NCBI GenBank assembly: GCA_013416795.1
Contig: RQSC01000016.1
Span: 244,740-279,436, forward strand
Direction of reading: 5' to 3'
Origin: Prasinococcaceae sp. CCMP 1430
Lineage: Eukaryota > Plantae > Prasinodermophyta
Length of the DNA stretch: 34,697 nt
Position numbers and translations under genes: made by a program. The notes below the pieces were generated by a model, which was not told the origin of the DNA, did no database searches, and saw only the letters and a list, made by a program, of their open reading frames with translations. The first letter of the stretch is position 1. Every line of letters starts with the position of its first letter. Of the stretch, positions 19,379 through 28,936 are shown piece by piece.

Positions 19379-19827
19379 CNCGCGCCGCGCCGTGCCCGCG
19401 GTTGACCGGCGCGATTTCGCGGCGCGCCGTTATTTCGCGCGGCGACTCCGCGCAATGTGCGACTGACATCGGCCGGCCTTCGCGCGCAGGCTCCCACGCG
19501 ACGCGCGCGAGCACGCGCGGCGCCCCTCCCCCCTACCTCCCGCGCGTCCCCGCGGCGCGGGCGACCCTCCGCCCCCGACCTCGCCCCCAGGAGCGCGAGG
19601 CGGGCGCCGCGCCGCCCCCCCCCTCCAATCCCCTGCCGGACCGACGCAGCCCCGCGCGCGCGGCACGCGCGAGGCTCTTTTTCTTTCCTTTTCTTGCGCG
19701 GCGCCGCTCGCGGGCGGCACGCCCGCGCGCGCCGTCCCTTAGAAGGGGGAGAGGGAGCCAGTTCCCGTCGACGCTCGCGAGCGAGTGCCCTCGCGGCGCC
19801 TCGCGCGCGACACCCCAACCAGCGGCC

Positions 19828-20100
19828 ATGGTTGAGGGCCACGAGAGCAGCCGCTGGGCGACGGCCGTGTGCGACAGCGATGACGAAGGCAAACGCGGGC
19901 ACTCCAACAGTGCGTGCGCGCTCGCTCGCGCGCGCCCTGTTGCGCGGGGGCATGGCGCGCTTCGGCGAAGCCCCCGCGACGGCGGGGTGCCTGGGGAGCA
20001 CGCGGAGCGCCTAGCCTTTCTCCAACGCCTGCGCCCAGCGCGCCTCCCTCGCTCGCGCCTGCGACGACAGGCTGACCGCTGACGGCTCGGCCCTTCACTC

Positions 20101-20135
<35 letters not shown>

Positions 20136-21859
20136 CACACCGCCCCCCACGCCCGCGCGCATGGACTCCCCCCCGCGCGCACACACAAACGGAACCCATC
20201 TCACTTGCAGCGGGTCGCAAGAAGATTCGCATCGAGCGCATCACCGACGAGCGCAACCGCCAGGTCACCTTCACAAAGCGCAAGAACGGCCTCATGAAGA
20301 AGGCGATGGAGCTGTCCGTGCTTTGCGACTGCGACATTGCCCTGGTGATCTTCAACTCGAACTCGAAGCTCTTCCAGTACAGCTCGAGCGAAATAGAGAC
20401 CATCCTCGAGAAGTACGCGCGCATGGAGGTCGAGCCGCACGAAAAGCGCAACAACCACGACCTCTTCAACCAGCACTTCAGGGGGCAGATTGCTGAGGAC
20501 CGCAAGGAGGCGCAGCGGGCGGGCAAGGCGGTGGATGCCGCCACTGGCCACCTTCCGGAGTCACACCCGAAGGTGCTCAAGAGTGACCTCGCCCTTCTGA
20601 AGCAGAAAGGCGCAGCGGGCGCTAAGGGCGCGGCATCGGCGGGTGGCGCCACGAAGGATGTGAAGCTGGAGGCGAGCAACGCGGCCCCGGAGGACGACAA
20701 GGCCAAGGCGGTCGCGATGGCCGCGGCCAACAAAGCGAAGCGAAAGAAGCCGGGCTCCTCCGGGAAGGCCGCCGCGGGAGGAGAAGAGGCTGCGCCGCTG
20801 TCTGCGCAGCCCACGGACATCGACGATGACCTCGATAATGACCGATTCATGGAGGAGCTCCGCAACGCGGGTGCCGCCGGCATGGAGGCGAATGGGCTCG
20901 GGCTCGGCCTGACCCCCAGAACAGAGCAGGCGTACCAGCAGCTCAACCGCGACTTCGAGGACATTCAGAACTCGGTTGGCGGCGCGCCTGGCATGGGGGG
21001 TCTCTTCGAAGGGTTTCTGGGTGGCGTCGAGGTGGTGAAGGGAAAGCGAACGCAGCTCACGAACGGCAAGGGCAAAGGTGCCGCCGCACCGGGCGGTGGC
21101 GCGGCCAATGGCGAATCTAATAAGGGCGCGGCGCCAGGCGGCGGCGCCAAGGGCGGCGCCGCTGCCGCTGGCCTGCCCCCGGCGAAGGGCAACCCCGTCA
21201 CCAAGCGGCGCTCAGCTTCGAAGGCCAAGGCGAAGAAAGATCTCTCCATCCTCGTTCCGGAGAACAAGTCCAAACAGATCGTGACCCTCGAGGGCGGTGC
21301 GCCCACGGGCCGAGTAAAGGACGCGGCGGCGAGCTCGGGGCTGGGTCCGGGCATCACGCCAGGCAGGGGGGACATCGGAAGCGCCAAGACAGGGCTGACG
21401 CCTACCGGCATCTCCCCGCCGAACATGCTGAAAGAGCTTGGCCACTCACAGGGACTCGTTGGCGTGCTGCCCAGCCCAAGTGGCCTCGGGGCTCTAGCGG
21501 CGCTCTCGCCGCCCGGCTCGGGCGGCGGGAGCTTGCTGGCGCAGGGCATGCTGACAAGTGGCATAAACCTCGCAACGCCTCTGGGCGTCGCGTCGTTGGA
21601 CTGGCCATCGCCGCGGGCGCTCGGGGACTCGACGCGGATAACAGAGACAAGCGGCGGGGGCACGGAGGCTGGGCAGTCGAAACCTAGCAACGCGAAAGAC
21701 CCTGACGGCGATACCAAGACAAACGCGGTGCAGGCCAACGCGAACGGCTCGGCGGCGCGGTCCGCTGCAGCGGACGAGAAGGCAGGGGCGAAGCGGGGCG
21801 CGGACGAATCTGGCGCCGCGCCCGGCAGCAAGCGCACTCGATCGTCGGCAAAGACGTGA
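19828..21859 (+). CDS. MEF2-type (type II) MADS-box transcription factor without a K-box (exons 19828-19909, 20211-21859)
   Basis: [47 protein letters not shown], followed by a MEF2-like segment. The phase-1 intron GTGCGT..CTGAC..CAG splices in frame. Confidence 0.92.
20102..20131. repeat. 30-nt poly-C inside the MADS intron
   Basis: Direct count; it lies just 3' of CTGAC copies at 20072 and 20079. Confidence 0.9.
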
Positions 21860-21956
21860 TAGCGTAGTGTATATAATTCATCGTACGTTTCACTTCCAGG
21901 CGCGTGAGGCGGGGTGTGGTGTGCCAAAGGCGTGTTGGTTACAGGGCCACTCGCAA

Positions 21957-24083
21957 TCACTTGAACTTGCGCGAGCGCACGGTGTTGGTCTTGATGCCCG
22001 TGCCCTCCCCACCGTAGCCCGCGCCACCGCCGCCTGCGGCGGAGGGCCCACGGCCCGACATGCGCACGGAAGCCTTGCGGAACTTCTCGCGCGCCATCGC
22101 GCGCGGGTTGCGGGCGAGCTTCTTGCGGTGGGGCGTGAGGCCTTTGTTCTTGGCCATGGTGCGCGTGAGCGCGCGGCGGCCGCCCTCCTCCGCGAAGGCC
22201 TCATCCTTCGAGTCCAGCGCGTACTGCTGGGCGCGCAGGTTGGCGGTGTCGTACGCGTCCGCGCGGTCCGCCTTGCGCTTGCGCGCAGCGCCCGCGGCCC
22301 TGGCATACGTCTCCACGTCGTCCATGTCCGGAATGTACGTGCCGGGCATCCCGTCATCGCCATCGTCGCCGTGCGACACCGGCGGTCTAGAGCGGTCCAT
22401 CTGCGAGCGGCGCTCGCCGAGCGACGGGCGGTTGACCCCCGCGTCGGCGTCGCCAGACTTGGCGGACGCGCGCGCGCTCGCGGCCACCGCGCGCGCGCGC
22501 GCGCCCGCGGCCGCCACGGCGTCGCTGAGCCTGCGGCGCTTGCCGTCGGCGCGCATGGCATCCATGTCCTCGGCCATGCCTGCGACGGTGTCGCCGAGCG
22601 CGCCGCTCCCCAGGTCGGCAAACTCCGACAGCGCCGACCGCATCCTCCCCTGCCTCTCGCCGGCCGCCCTGGCCAGCCTCTCCTTCTTGGTGAGGTTGTG
22701 GCGCACAAAGAGCTCCTCCTCTGCCGCAGCGCGCCGCTCCGCGCGCCGCCGCTCGCGCAGCGCCCACCCGCGGTCCTCGCGCTCGGCGAGCTCCTCGGGC
22801 CCGTCGCCGACGTGGCCCACCACGTCGCGCAGCTCCTCGTTGCGACCAGTGCGGCGCCCGCGGCGCCCGCGCCGTTCCCCGCGCTCGTCCTCGTCCTCGT
22901 CCAGACCCTCGCCTGCCATCGACATCGCGCGCATCTTCGGCGGGCGGTACACGTCATCACCCTCACCGCCCCCGCCAGCAAGCGCGTCCGCGTCACCGTC
23001 CAGCAGGCGTTCGAGCCCGCTTGCGCCCCTGCCACCCGCGCGCCCGTCACCCATGCGGTCGGGGCGCGGCGCCAGCAGCGCGTCGTCGTCTTCGACGCCC
23101 GCGTCCTCCCCGTCATCGCCGCCGCCCGCCGCCAGCTGGGCCGCGCCCGCCGCCAGCAGCTTGTCGACCAGATACTGCAGCTTGCGGTCGATGGGGCGCG
23201 CCTTCTCGAGGTACAGCCTGAGTTTCACGAGGCGCTCAACGACGGGGTGTCTGCGCACGGACTTGCCCTCGGCGCGGAGCAGCACGTAGAAGGCGATGTT
23301 GGAGCAGTACGACAGCAGCAGCATGTGCTTCGCCTCGAGGTACGAAAGCCCCTCCGCAGTGGCGTACTCGCCCGCGCGCACGGCCGCGAGCAGCGGCTCG
23401 GCCTTTGAGCGCACCTCCTCGAGGCACGTGCGCAGCTCCTCCAGCAGCGCGGCGAGCTCGGGCGCCGCGTCGGCCACGCGCGCGGCCCGCGCTTCCGCGG
23501 CCTCGGCGTCCTCGTCGAAGTCGTCATCCTCGTCGCCCTCGCCACCGTCCTCGTCACCGCTGTCGTCAAAGTCGGCGTCGTCGAGCTCCTCGAGCTCAGC
23601 CTTCTGCAGGCGACGCGCCTCGGCTGCCTCCTCGCCGAGCGCCTCCTCGTCCTCCTCGTCCGCCGCGGCGTCGGCGCCATAGTACGCGCCGCCCCGCGCG
23701 CCCCAGCCGTCGCGCCCATCCCCCTCGTCCCCCTCGTCCTCCTCGCCCTCCTCATCGACGCCCGCGCCTCGCAGCGAGCCGCGCATCGCTTTCTGCTGGC
23801 GCCTCAGCGCCGCGATGGTCTCGTCGTCGCCGTCGCCGTCGCTGCCGTCGTCCTCGTAGTCCTCGCCATCCTCGTCCTCTTCCTCCTCTTCCTCCTCGTC
23901 GTCGTCCTCGCTGCCAGCGCCGAGCGCGTCGACGCCGTCCTCGTCCTCGTCCTCGTAGTCGTCGCTCCCTTCGTCGTCCGAGGAGCCGCCGCCCTCCAGC
24001 GCGACGCTCGCGTCGCGGCCGCGCGCGCGCGCGGCGTAGAAGCGGTCCACCTCGTCGCCGCGCGCTGCCTCACGCAGCGCGGC
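21957..24083 (-). CDS. SAS10: SAS10/UTP3 small-subunit processome component (5' partial)
   Basis: Acidic N-terminus, a Sas10/C1D-like region GLSYLEAKHMLLLSYC...HPVVERLVKLR.YLEK.RPIDRKLQY, and a C-terminal Sas10 domain KNKGLTPHRKK..RNPR...GYGGE.TGIK. The frame is open up to the gap. Confidence 0.93.
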   Translation of the reverse strand, partial: AALREAARGDEVDRFYAARARGRDASVALEGGGSSDDEGSDDYEDEDEDGVDALGAGSEDDDEEEEEEEDEDGEDYEDDGSDGDGDDETIAALRRQQKAMRGSLRGAGVDEEGEEDEGDEGDGRDGWGARGGAYYGADAAADEEDEEALGEEAAEARRLQKAELEELDDADFDDSGDEDGGEGDEDDDFDEDAEAAEARAARVADAAPELAALLEELRTCLEEVRSKAEPLLAAVRAGEYATAEGLSYLEAKHMLLLSYCSNIAFYVLLRAEGKSVRRHPVVERLVKLRLYLEKARPIDRKLQYLVDKLLAAGAAQLAAGGGDDGEDAGVEDDDALLAPRPDRMGDGRAGGRGASGLERLLDGDADALAGGGGEGDDVYRPPKMRAMSMAGEGLDEDEDERGERRGRRGRRTGRNEELRDVVGHVGDGPEELAEREDRGWALRERRRAERRAAAEEELFVRHNLTKKERLARAAGERQGRMRSALSEFADLGSGALGDTVAGMAEDMDAMRADGKRRRLSDAVAAAGARARAVAASARASAKSGDADAGVNRPSLGERRSQMDRSRPPVSHGDDGDDGMPGTYIPDMDDVETYARAAGAARKRKADRADAYDTANLRAQQYALDSKDEAFAEEGGRRALTRTMAKNKGLTPHRKKLARNPRAMAREKFRKASVRMSGRGPSAAGGGGAGYGGEGTGIKTNTVRSRKFK

Positions 24084-24590
24084 NNNNNNNNNNNNNNNNN
24101 NNNNNNNNNNNNNNNNNNNNNNNNNNNNNNNNNNNNNNNNNNNNNNNNNNNNNNNNNNNNNNNNNNNNNNNNNNNNNNNNNNNNNNNNNNNNNNNNNNNN
24201 NNNNNNNNNNNNNNNNNNNNNNNNNNNNNNNNNNNNNNNNNNNNNNNNNNNNNNNNNNNNNNNNNNNNNNNNNNNNNNNNNNNNNNNNNNNNNNNNNNNN
24301 NNNNNNNNNNNNNNNNNNNNNNNNNNNNNNNNNNNNNNNNNNNNNNNNNNNNNNNNNNNNNNNNNNNNNNNNNNNNNNNNNNNNNNNNNNNNNNNNNNNN
24401 NNNNNNNNNNNNNNNNNNNNNNNNNNNNNNNNNNNNNNNNNNNNNNNNNNNNNNNNNNNNNNNNNNNNNNNNNNNNNNNNNNNNNNNNNNNNNNNNNNNN
24501 NNNNNNNNNNNNNNNNNNNNNNNNNNNNNNNNNNNNNNNNNNNNNNNNNNNNNNNNNNNNNNNNNNNNNNNNNNNNNNNNNNNNNNNNNN
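24084..24590. other. Assembly gap (507 N), probably holding the starts and shared promoter of SAS10 and the Tudor-UBA gene
   Basis: Run of N flanked by divergent open frames. Confidence 1.
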
Positions 24591-24608
24591 GGCGGCGCCG
24601 GGCGCGAG

Positions 24609-25751
24609 ATGCCTCGGCCGACGCCGGCGCGCGCCGCGTCGGAGTCGGCGTCGTCGGCGTGGAACTTAAAGGAAAAGAGGGGAAGGCTCAAGCGCGAGTG
24701 CTCCCGGGTCGCCGCGTTGCGCGACGCGCACGCCGACAGCCCGCGGAGCATGCCGCTCAAGAAGCGACGGAAAAGGCCCGCTGCGGGGGGAGGGGGGCGA
24801 CCCAAGACCAATGGATCCTGCGAGCCGCAGCTGCTACCGCCGCTCGGTGGGCACATCAAGGTATACTGGGACGGTGAGAGTGCGTGGTACGAGGGCATCG
24901 TCGTGGAAATCAAAGAGAGCTCTGACCCCAGCACGAGCACATACACCGTCTTCTACCCTGTTGACGAGGTGACGACTGAGCATGCGCCCACTGAGCTCTG
25001 GCAGCTCGATCGCAATCGAGACTCCGTGCAAGGGGCGAACGGCAAGCGTCTGATAGGGACATCTCCAGCGCCGGTTCCCTCGTCGGCGCCCGCTGTCGAG
25101 GAGACCGATGTCAACGATGAGATCCCACCAATGGCGGAGCCCGCGCCCGAGGCTCCGGCAGCTGTCAAGGTGCACGGGAAAAGAGGTGGCCGAAAGCCAC
25201 GGGTGCGGTCACCGAAGGCCAAGCAAGCACGCCCCGTGGAGCCTGCGCCCGCTGAGCAAGCGTTGGGGCGACGACCTTCGAGGAGGAAACTTCCTGCGCC
25301 GACACCATCGGCCCCGCCGCCGCCCGGCCGCGGCCGATCACGGAAGGGCGCGCGCGCGCAAGCGGAGGAGCCTGCAGAGCCTGCCCCCCCCCTGCCGCCG
25401 CTGCCGCACGTTGGCACCACCGTGCGCGTTCACTGGGCCGGCGATGGCGAGTGGTACACCGGCAACGTTGTGTCTGCGGACCATAGCACCGCGCAATACC
25501 TGGTGCACTACCCTGAAGACGACATGACCGTCGCGCACGACGCCAGCGAGCCATGGGAGGTCCTCGCCGACGGCGCGCGGCGCGAGCATGTGCACATTCG
25601 CCCCCCGAACATGAGCGAGCTGCCTGCGGGCCCGCTAGGCCATCTCATGCAGCTCGGATTCGAGAGGGGAGCCGCACAGCAGGCCCTTGACCTTCACCAG
25701 GGCGACGCGGTCGCAGCCATCGACACGCTCTTTGCCTCGGCGCCCAGGTAG
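24609..25751 (+). CDS. Protein with two Tudor/Agenet-like domains and a C-terminal UBA-like domain (possibly 5' partial)
   Basis: GGHIKVYWDGESAWYEGIV..YTVFYPVDE, VGTTVRVHWAGDGEWYTGNV..YLVHYPEDD and LMQLGFERGAAQQAL..HQGDAVAAIDTLF. Confidence 0.8.
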   Translation: MPRPTPARAASESASSAWNLKEKRGRLKRECSRVAALRDAHADSPRSMPLKKRRKRPAAGGGGRPKTNGSCEPQLLPPLGGHIKVYWDGESAWYEGIVVEIKESSDPSTSTYTVFYPVDEVTTEHAPTELWQLDRNRDSVQGANGKRLIGTSPAPVPSSAPAVEETDVNDEIPPMAEPAPEAPAAVKVHGKRGGRKPRVRSPKAKQARPVEPAPAEQALGRRPSRRKLPAPTPSAPPPPGRGRSRKGARAQAEEPAEPAPPLPPLPHVGTTVRVHWAGDGEWYTGNVVSADHSTAQYLVHYPEDDMTVAHDASEPWEVLADGARREHVHIRPPNMSELPAGPLGHLMQLGFERGAAQQALDLHQGDAVAAIDTLFASAPR

Positions 25752-26055
25752 TGTGGGGGCCGCCCGCCCGCCGCGCGCACACCCCAACCTGTACACGTAC
25801 CATCCCTTGTGTGTAGCGGCACCCCCCAGGCGCGCACGCGCCGGGCCCCTCGCCACTCCCCCAGCGCGCGTAGCATGTGCTGCACACGGGCACTCCCGCG
25901 AGCGCACACGCGTGCTCGCCCCTGTCCATGCGTCGGTGCCTGGGGCTGCCCGCATGGACCCCTTGGGTGGGAGCCCTCTGCATATCAAAACCCATGTGAG
26001 TGGCTGCGGCACGCCACACACCGCGCGCGGAGCGCAGCGCGGCACTGCCGCGGCC

Positions 26056-26940
26056 ATGGCGGGGGAGGCTGGAGAGGTCGGCGGCACTGGCGCTCCCCGG
26101 CCAAGGTGGATCCTCGGGCGAGCGGTGGTGGTCGCGCTTGTCGCTGCAGCTGCACGCACGCGTGCCGCCAGCGCGGCGCCCGCCGATGCGCCTGCGGTCG
26201 CGCCAGGCGTGGTGGCTGCTGCTGCGGGCGTGCCGTGCAGCCGCAGCCGAGCGCGCCAGGCGCGCGCGATCGCGTCCGAGTTCGTGGTCGCGCCTGCGCT
26301 TGCGCTTGGCTACGAGCTCCCCCCCGCGTGTGCCCTGGCACCTTCGAACGACGTGTACGCCGTGCAGGAGGCTGGCAAGCGCATGCGGCGACGCGGGCAG
26401 TGGCAGTGCGCACACTGCGGCAAGCTCTTCCGCACGGAAGAGCACCTGGACAAGCACTTGGGCAATCGTCACTCTGATCTGATACCTGAGGGGGCACACG
26501 TGTGCCTGGCGGACCTGTGCGACGTGTTGCACTGCGACGCGGTCGAGGTGGGCGCGGAGGCCATGCTGCGCGCCCCGTGCCGCGAGTCGGACATGCAGCG
26601 TGCGCGCCACGCCTGCGAGGCCCATGCGCACCAGTGCTATCCGGCGGGCGCGCCGCCGCCGCTCGGTCGCGCATTCAACGAGCGCTTCTGCGCACTGCTC
26701 ACGTGCGAGCGCCGGCATGAGGCAGCCAGCTTGCTGCGCCCGCACGGGACGAGCGCCGTACGCGTGTGGTGGTGGATCGGTCTGGTGCTCGCCATCATCG
26801 CCAATGTCGCTCTGCTGGGCACACTCACATACAGGAAAATGCAGCTTGCCACGCGCAGGGACCTGCGGCGCGTCGCAAAGGGCAGCCTGCTCGATCGCGT
26901 GGCGCAGGCTTTTCTCGGGAAGAAGAAGAAGGTCTACTGA
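26056..26940 (+). CDS. Plant-type Cys-rich single-C2H2 protein with an N-terminal signal and a C-terminal TM
   Basis: CSRSRAR...C.L.PSND, WQCAHCGKLFRTEEHLDKHLGNRH, CLADLCDVLHCD, a C-terminal hydrophobic helix and a KKKKVY end. Confidence 0.82.
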   Translation: MAGEAGEVGGTGAPRPRWILGRAVVVALVAAAARTRAASAAPADAPAVAPGVVAAAAGVPCSRSRARQARAIASEFVVAPALALGYELPPACALAPSNDVYAVQEAGKRMRRRGQWQCAHCGKLFRTEEHLDKHLGNRHSDLIPEGAHVCLADLCDVLHCDAVEVGAEAMLRAPCRESDMQRARHACEAHAHQCYPAGAPPPLGRAFNERFCALLTCERRHEAASLLRPHGTSAVRVWWWIGLVLAIIANVALLGTLTYRKMQLATRRDLRRVAKGSLLDRVAQAFLGKKKKVY

Positions 26941-27191
26941 TCAGCCAGGCGTACCCTGGCAGCGCGTCCCCCGCGGCGCCCTTGTACAATAGTCATTCGC
27001 ACGACGCACACGGCAGCGAGCTGCGCGCACGGCTGCGGTGCAGCGTGCGGTGAGGCCACGTGGGGTGCGCCGACTGCGCCTCTCTCCGGCGCGCCGTGCG
27101 CGCCGCGCGGACCAGGCCGCCTGCCTCGAGCGGGCGCAGGGAGGCGGACGTCGGCGCCGTCCTCGCAGGCTCGCAGCGCTCGAGCGTGAGG

Positions 27192-27235
27192 TTAGGGTAC
27201 GTTCAGAGTATTTAGGGTCAAATTACAATTAGGGT
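27192..27235. promoter_or_regulatory. AT-rich island with three TTAGGGT (telomere/telo-box-like) motifs
   Basis: TTAGGGT at 27192, 27212 and 27229, upstream of the phosphatase ORF. The function is inferred. Confidence 0.4.
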
Positions 27236-27355
27236 GTGGACGTGAGCCGAGGATCGAGGGGGGTACCGATTGCCCCGGCGGTGGCAGACGAGCGCGCACA
27301 GGCGGGCGTGTGGGGTGGCTGTCTCGTGCCCGCCGCGGCGTGGGCGGCGAGGTCC

Positions 27356-28711
27356 ATGCAGCGCCACGCGCACGCGCACGCCTGCGCGCAGCGCAAGCAC
27401 AGGCCGGGCCCCTTGTCCGCGCCGCTGCTGGGGGGCGCGCCCGCGGCGGACGCCTCCGCTGCGGGATACGCCTCGAGTGACCCGTACTGCGTCGCGCAAG
27501 CGCCACGCGGCGCGGGCGCACCGCCGCCGTCGGTCGCACGCACCGGCACGGCGGCCGGTATCGTACGTCGCGCAGGGGAGCCCGCCCCCCGATACGCACT
27601 CGCGCGCGCGGCGCTCGTCGCGCGGCATGGGGATCGCTCTCCGCTCACGGTCTACGACGGTGACGGCTACGACGCCGCGTGGGCGAGCCCGATGTGCCCA
27701 CGCGCAGACACGCCCGCTGGCGCGGGTGAGGGTCAGGGTAGCGGCGTGTGCTACCCAGGCCAGCTCACCGCGCGCGGCGCTGCGCAACTGCGGCGCAACG
27801 GGGAGGCGCTGCGCGCTCGCTTCGGCCGAGCGCCCGCCGTCGAGGTGCACTGCACACACATTCCGCGCACGCGCGACAGCGCGCATGCCCTGCTCGCGGG
27901 CCTACTCGGCGACACGCGCGCAGCAGAAGTCGAGGTGCAAGCGCAGCCGGAGGGGCCGCTCACGTGGCTCTATCCCAATCGCAAGCACTGCGCGGCGCTC
28001 GGGAGCACCCCCGCCGCCCACGCCCTCGGCGAGGCCGCCGCGGACGCGGCAGGCTACGAGCCGGTCTCGCACTGGGAGCTCGGCGAGCACATGGGGAGCT
28101 ACGACGACAGACGCGTGAGGCTCTTCGACCTGTATGCGACGCGGCGCTGCCACCAGCCCGCGGCGCAGAGCTCCGGCTTCCCCTGCGGCGGCGAGTGCGG
28201 CTTTGGCCAGCTCAAGCGGGCGGCGACCGCTGCCGAGGTCGCGCCGTTCCTGCAGGCTCGCGCGAGCGGCGAGGCAGCGATGGCGATGCAGGTGGGCCCG
28301 CTCATGCACGGTCTCACCACCTTCCTCGCGGGCGAGCACAGAGATCCGTCCGTGGAGCTGCTCTACTTTTCCGGGCACGATACCACCCTAATGCCGCTGC
28401 TCGTCGCGCTGGGCGTGTGGGAAGCGGAGGGGGTCGACGGCGTGTGGCCGCCATACGCGAGCACCGTGCTCTTCTCAGTGTGGCGCGCCGAGAGTAGCAG
28501 CAGCACCGAGGGTGTGCGCGCGCCGGTGGCGCCGGAGGAGGTCGTGCTCGTGGAGTACAACGGCCGCGAGCTCGTTCTCCCCGCATGCGCGGAGCCGTGC
28601 ACACCCACGGCGCTCCGCGAGGGGCTCGCTGGCCTGGCACTCACTGAGGAGGCGTGGCTGCAGCGCTGCAGTGATGCGAACGCTGCAAATGTCCACGCAA
28701 AGAGCGCGTGA
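27356..28711 (+). CDS. Histidine acid phosphatase (branch 2; start uncertain)
   Basis: Catalytic RHGDRSP, GQLTARG, THIPRTRDSA, SGHDTTL and WPPYAS motifs. Confidence 0.9.
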   Translation: MQRHAHAHACAQRKHRPGPLSAPLLGGAPAADASAAGYASSDPYCVAQAPRGAGAPPPSVARTGTAAGIVRRAGEPAPRYALARAALVARHGDRSPLTVYDGDGYDAAWASPMCPRADTPAGAGEGQGSGVCYPGQLTARGAAQLRRNGEALRARFGRAPAVEVHCTHIPRTRDSAHALLAGLLGDTRAAEVEVQAQPEGPLTWLYPNRKHCAALGSTPAAHALGEAAADAAGYEPVSHWELGEHMGSYDDRRVRLFDLYATRRCHQPAAQSSGFPCGGECGFGQLKRAATAAEVAPFLQARASGEAAMAMQVGPLMHGLTTFLAGEHRDPSVELLYFSGHDTTLMPLLVALGVWEAEGVDGVWPPYASTVLFSVWRAESSSSTEGVRAPVAPEEVVLVEYNGRELVLPACAEPCTPTALREGLAGLALTEEAWLQRCSDANAANVHAKSA

Positions 28712-28936
28712 GCGCACATGCACAGGTCCAATTACGGATGATTGGGTGGCACTCTTCGCGAGCGCGCGGGATGTAAGTCTGCGCCGCTGCTGTGAGGATG
28801 GAAGACCTCTGCAGTGGCGCGCATCGGGGGCGTGCCTGCCATCACCATCACACCAAGTGATACAGAGACGCCAGTGCCGCCCGCTGCGCGTGCGCCACAA
28901 AACAGACCAGCTTCTGCGCCCGCGCGTGAGCGCGCC

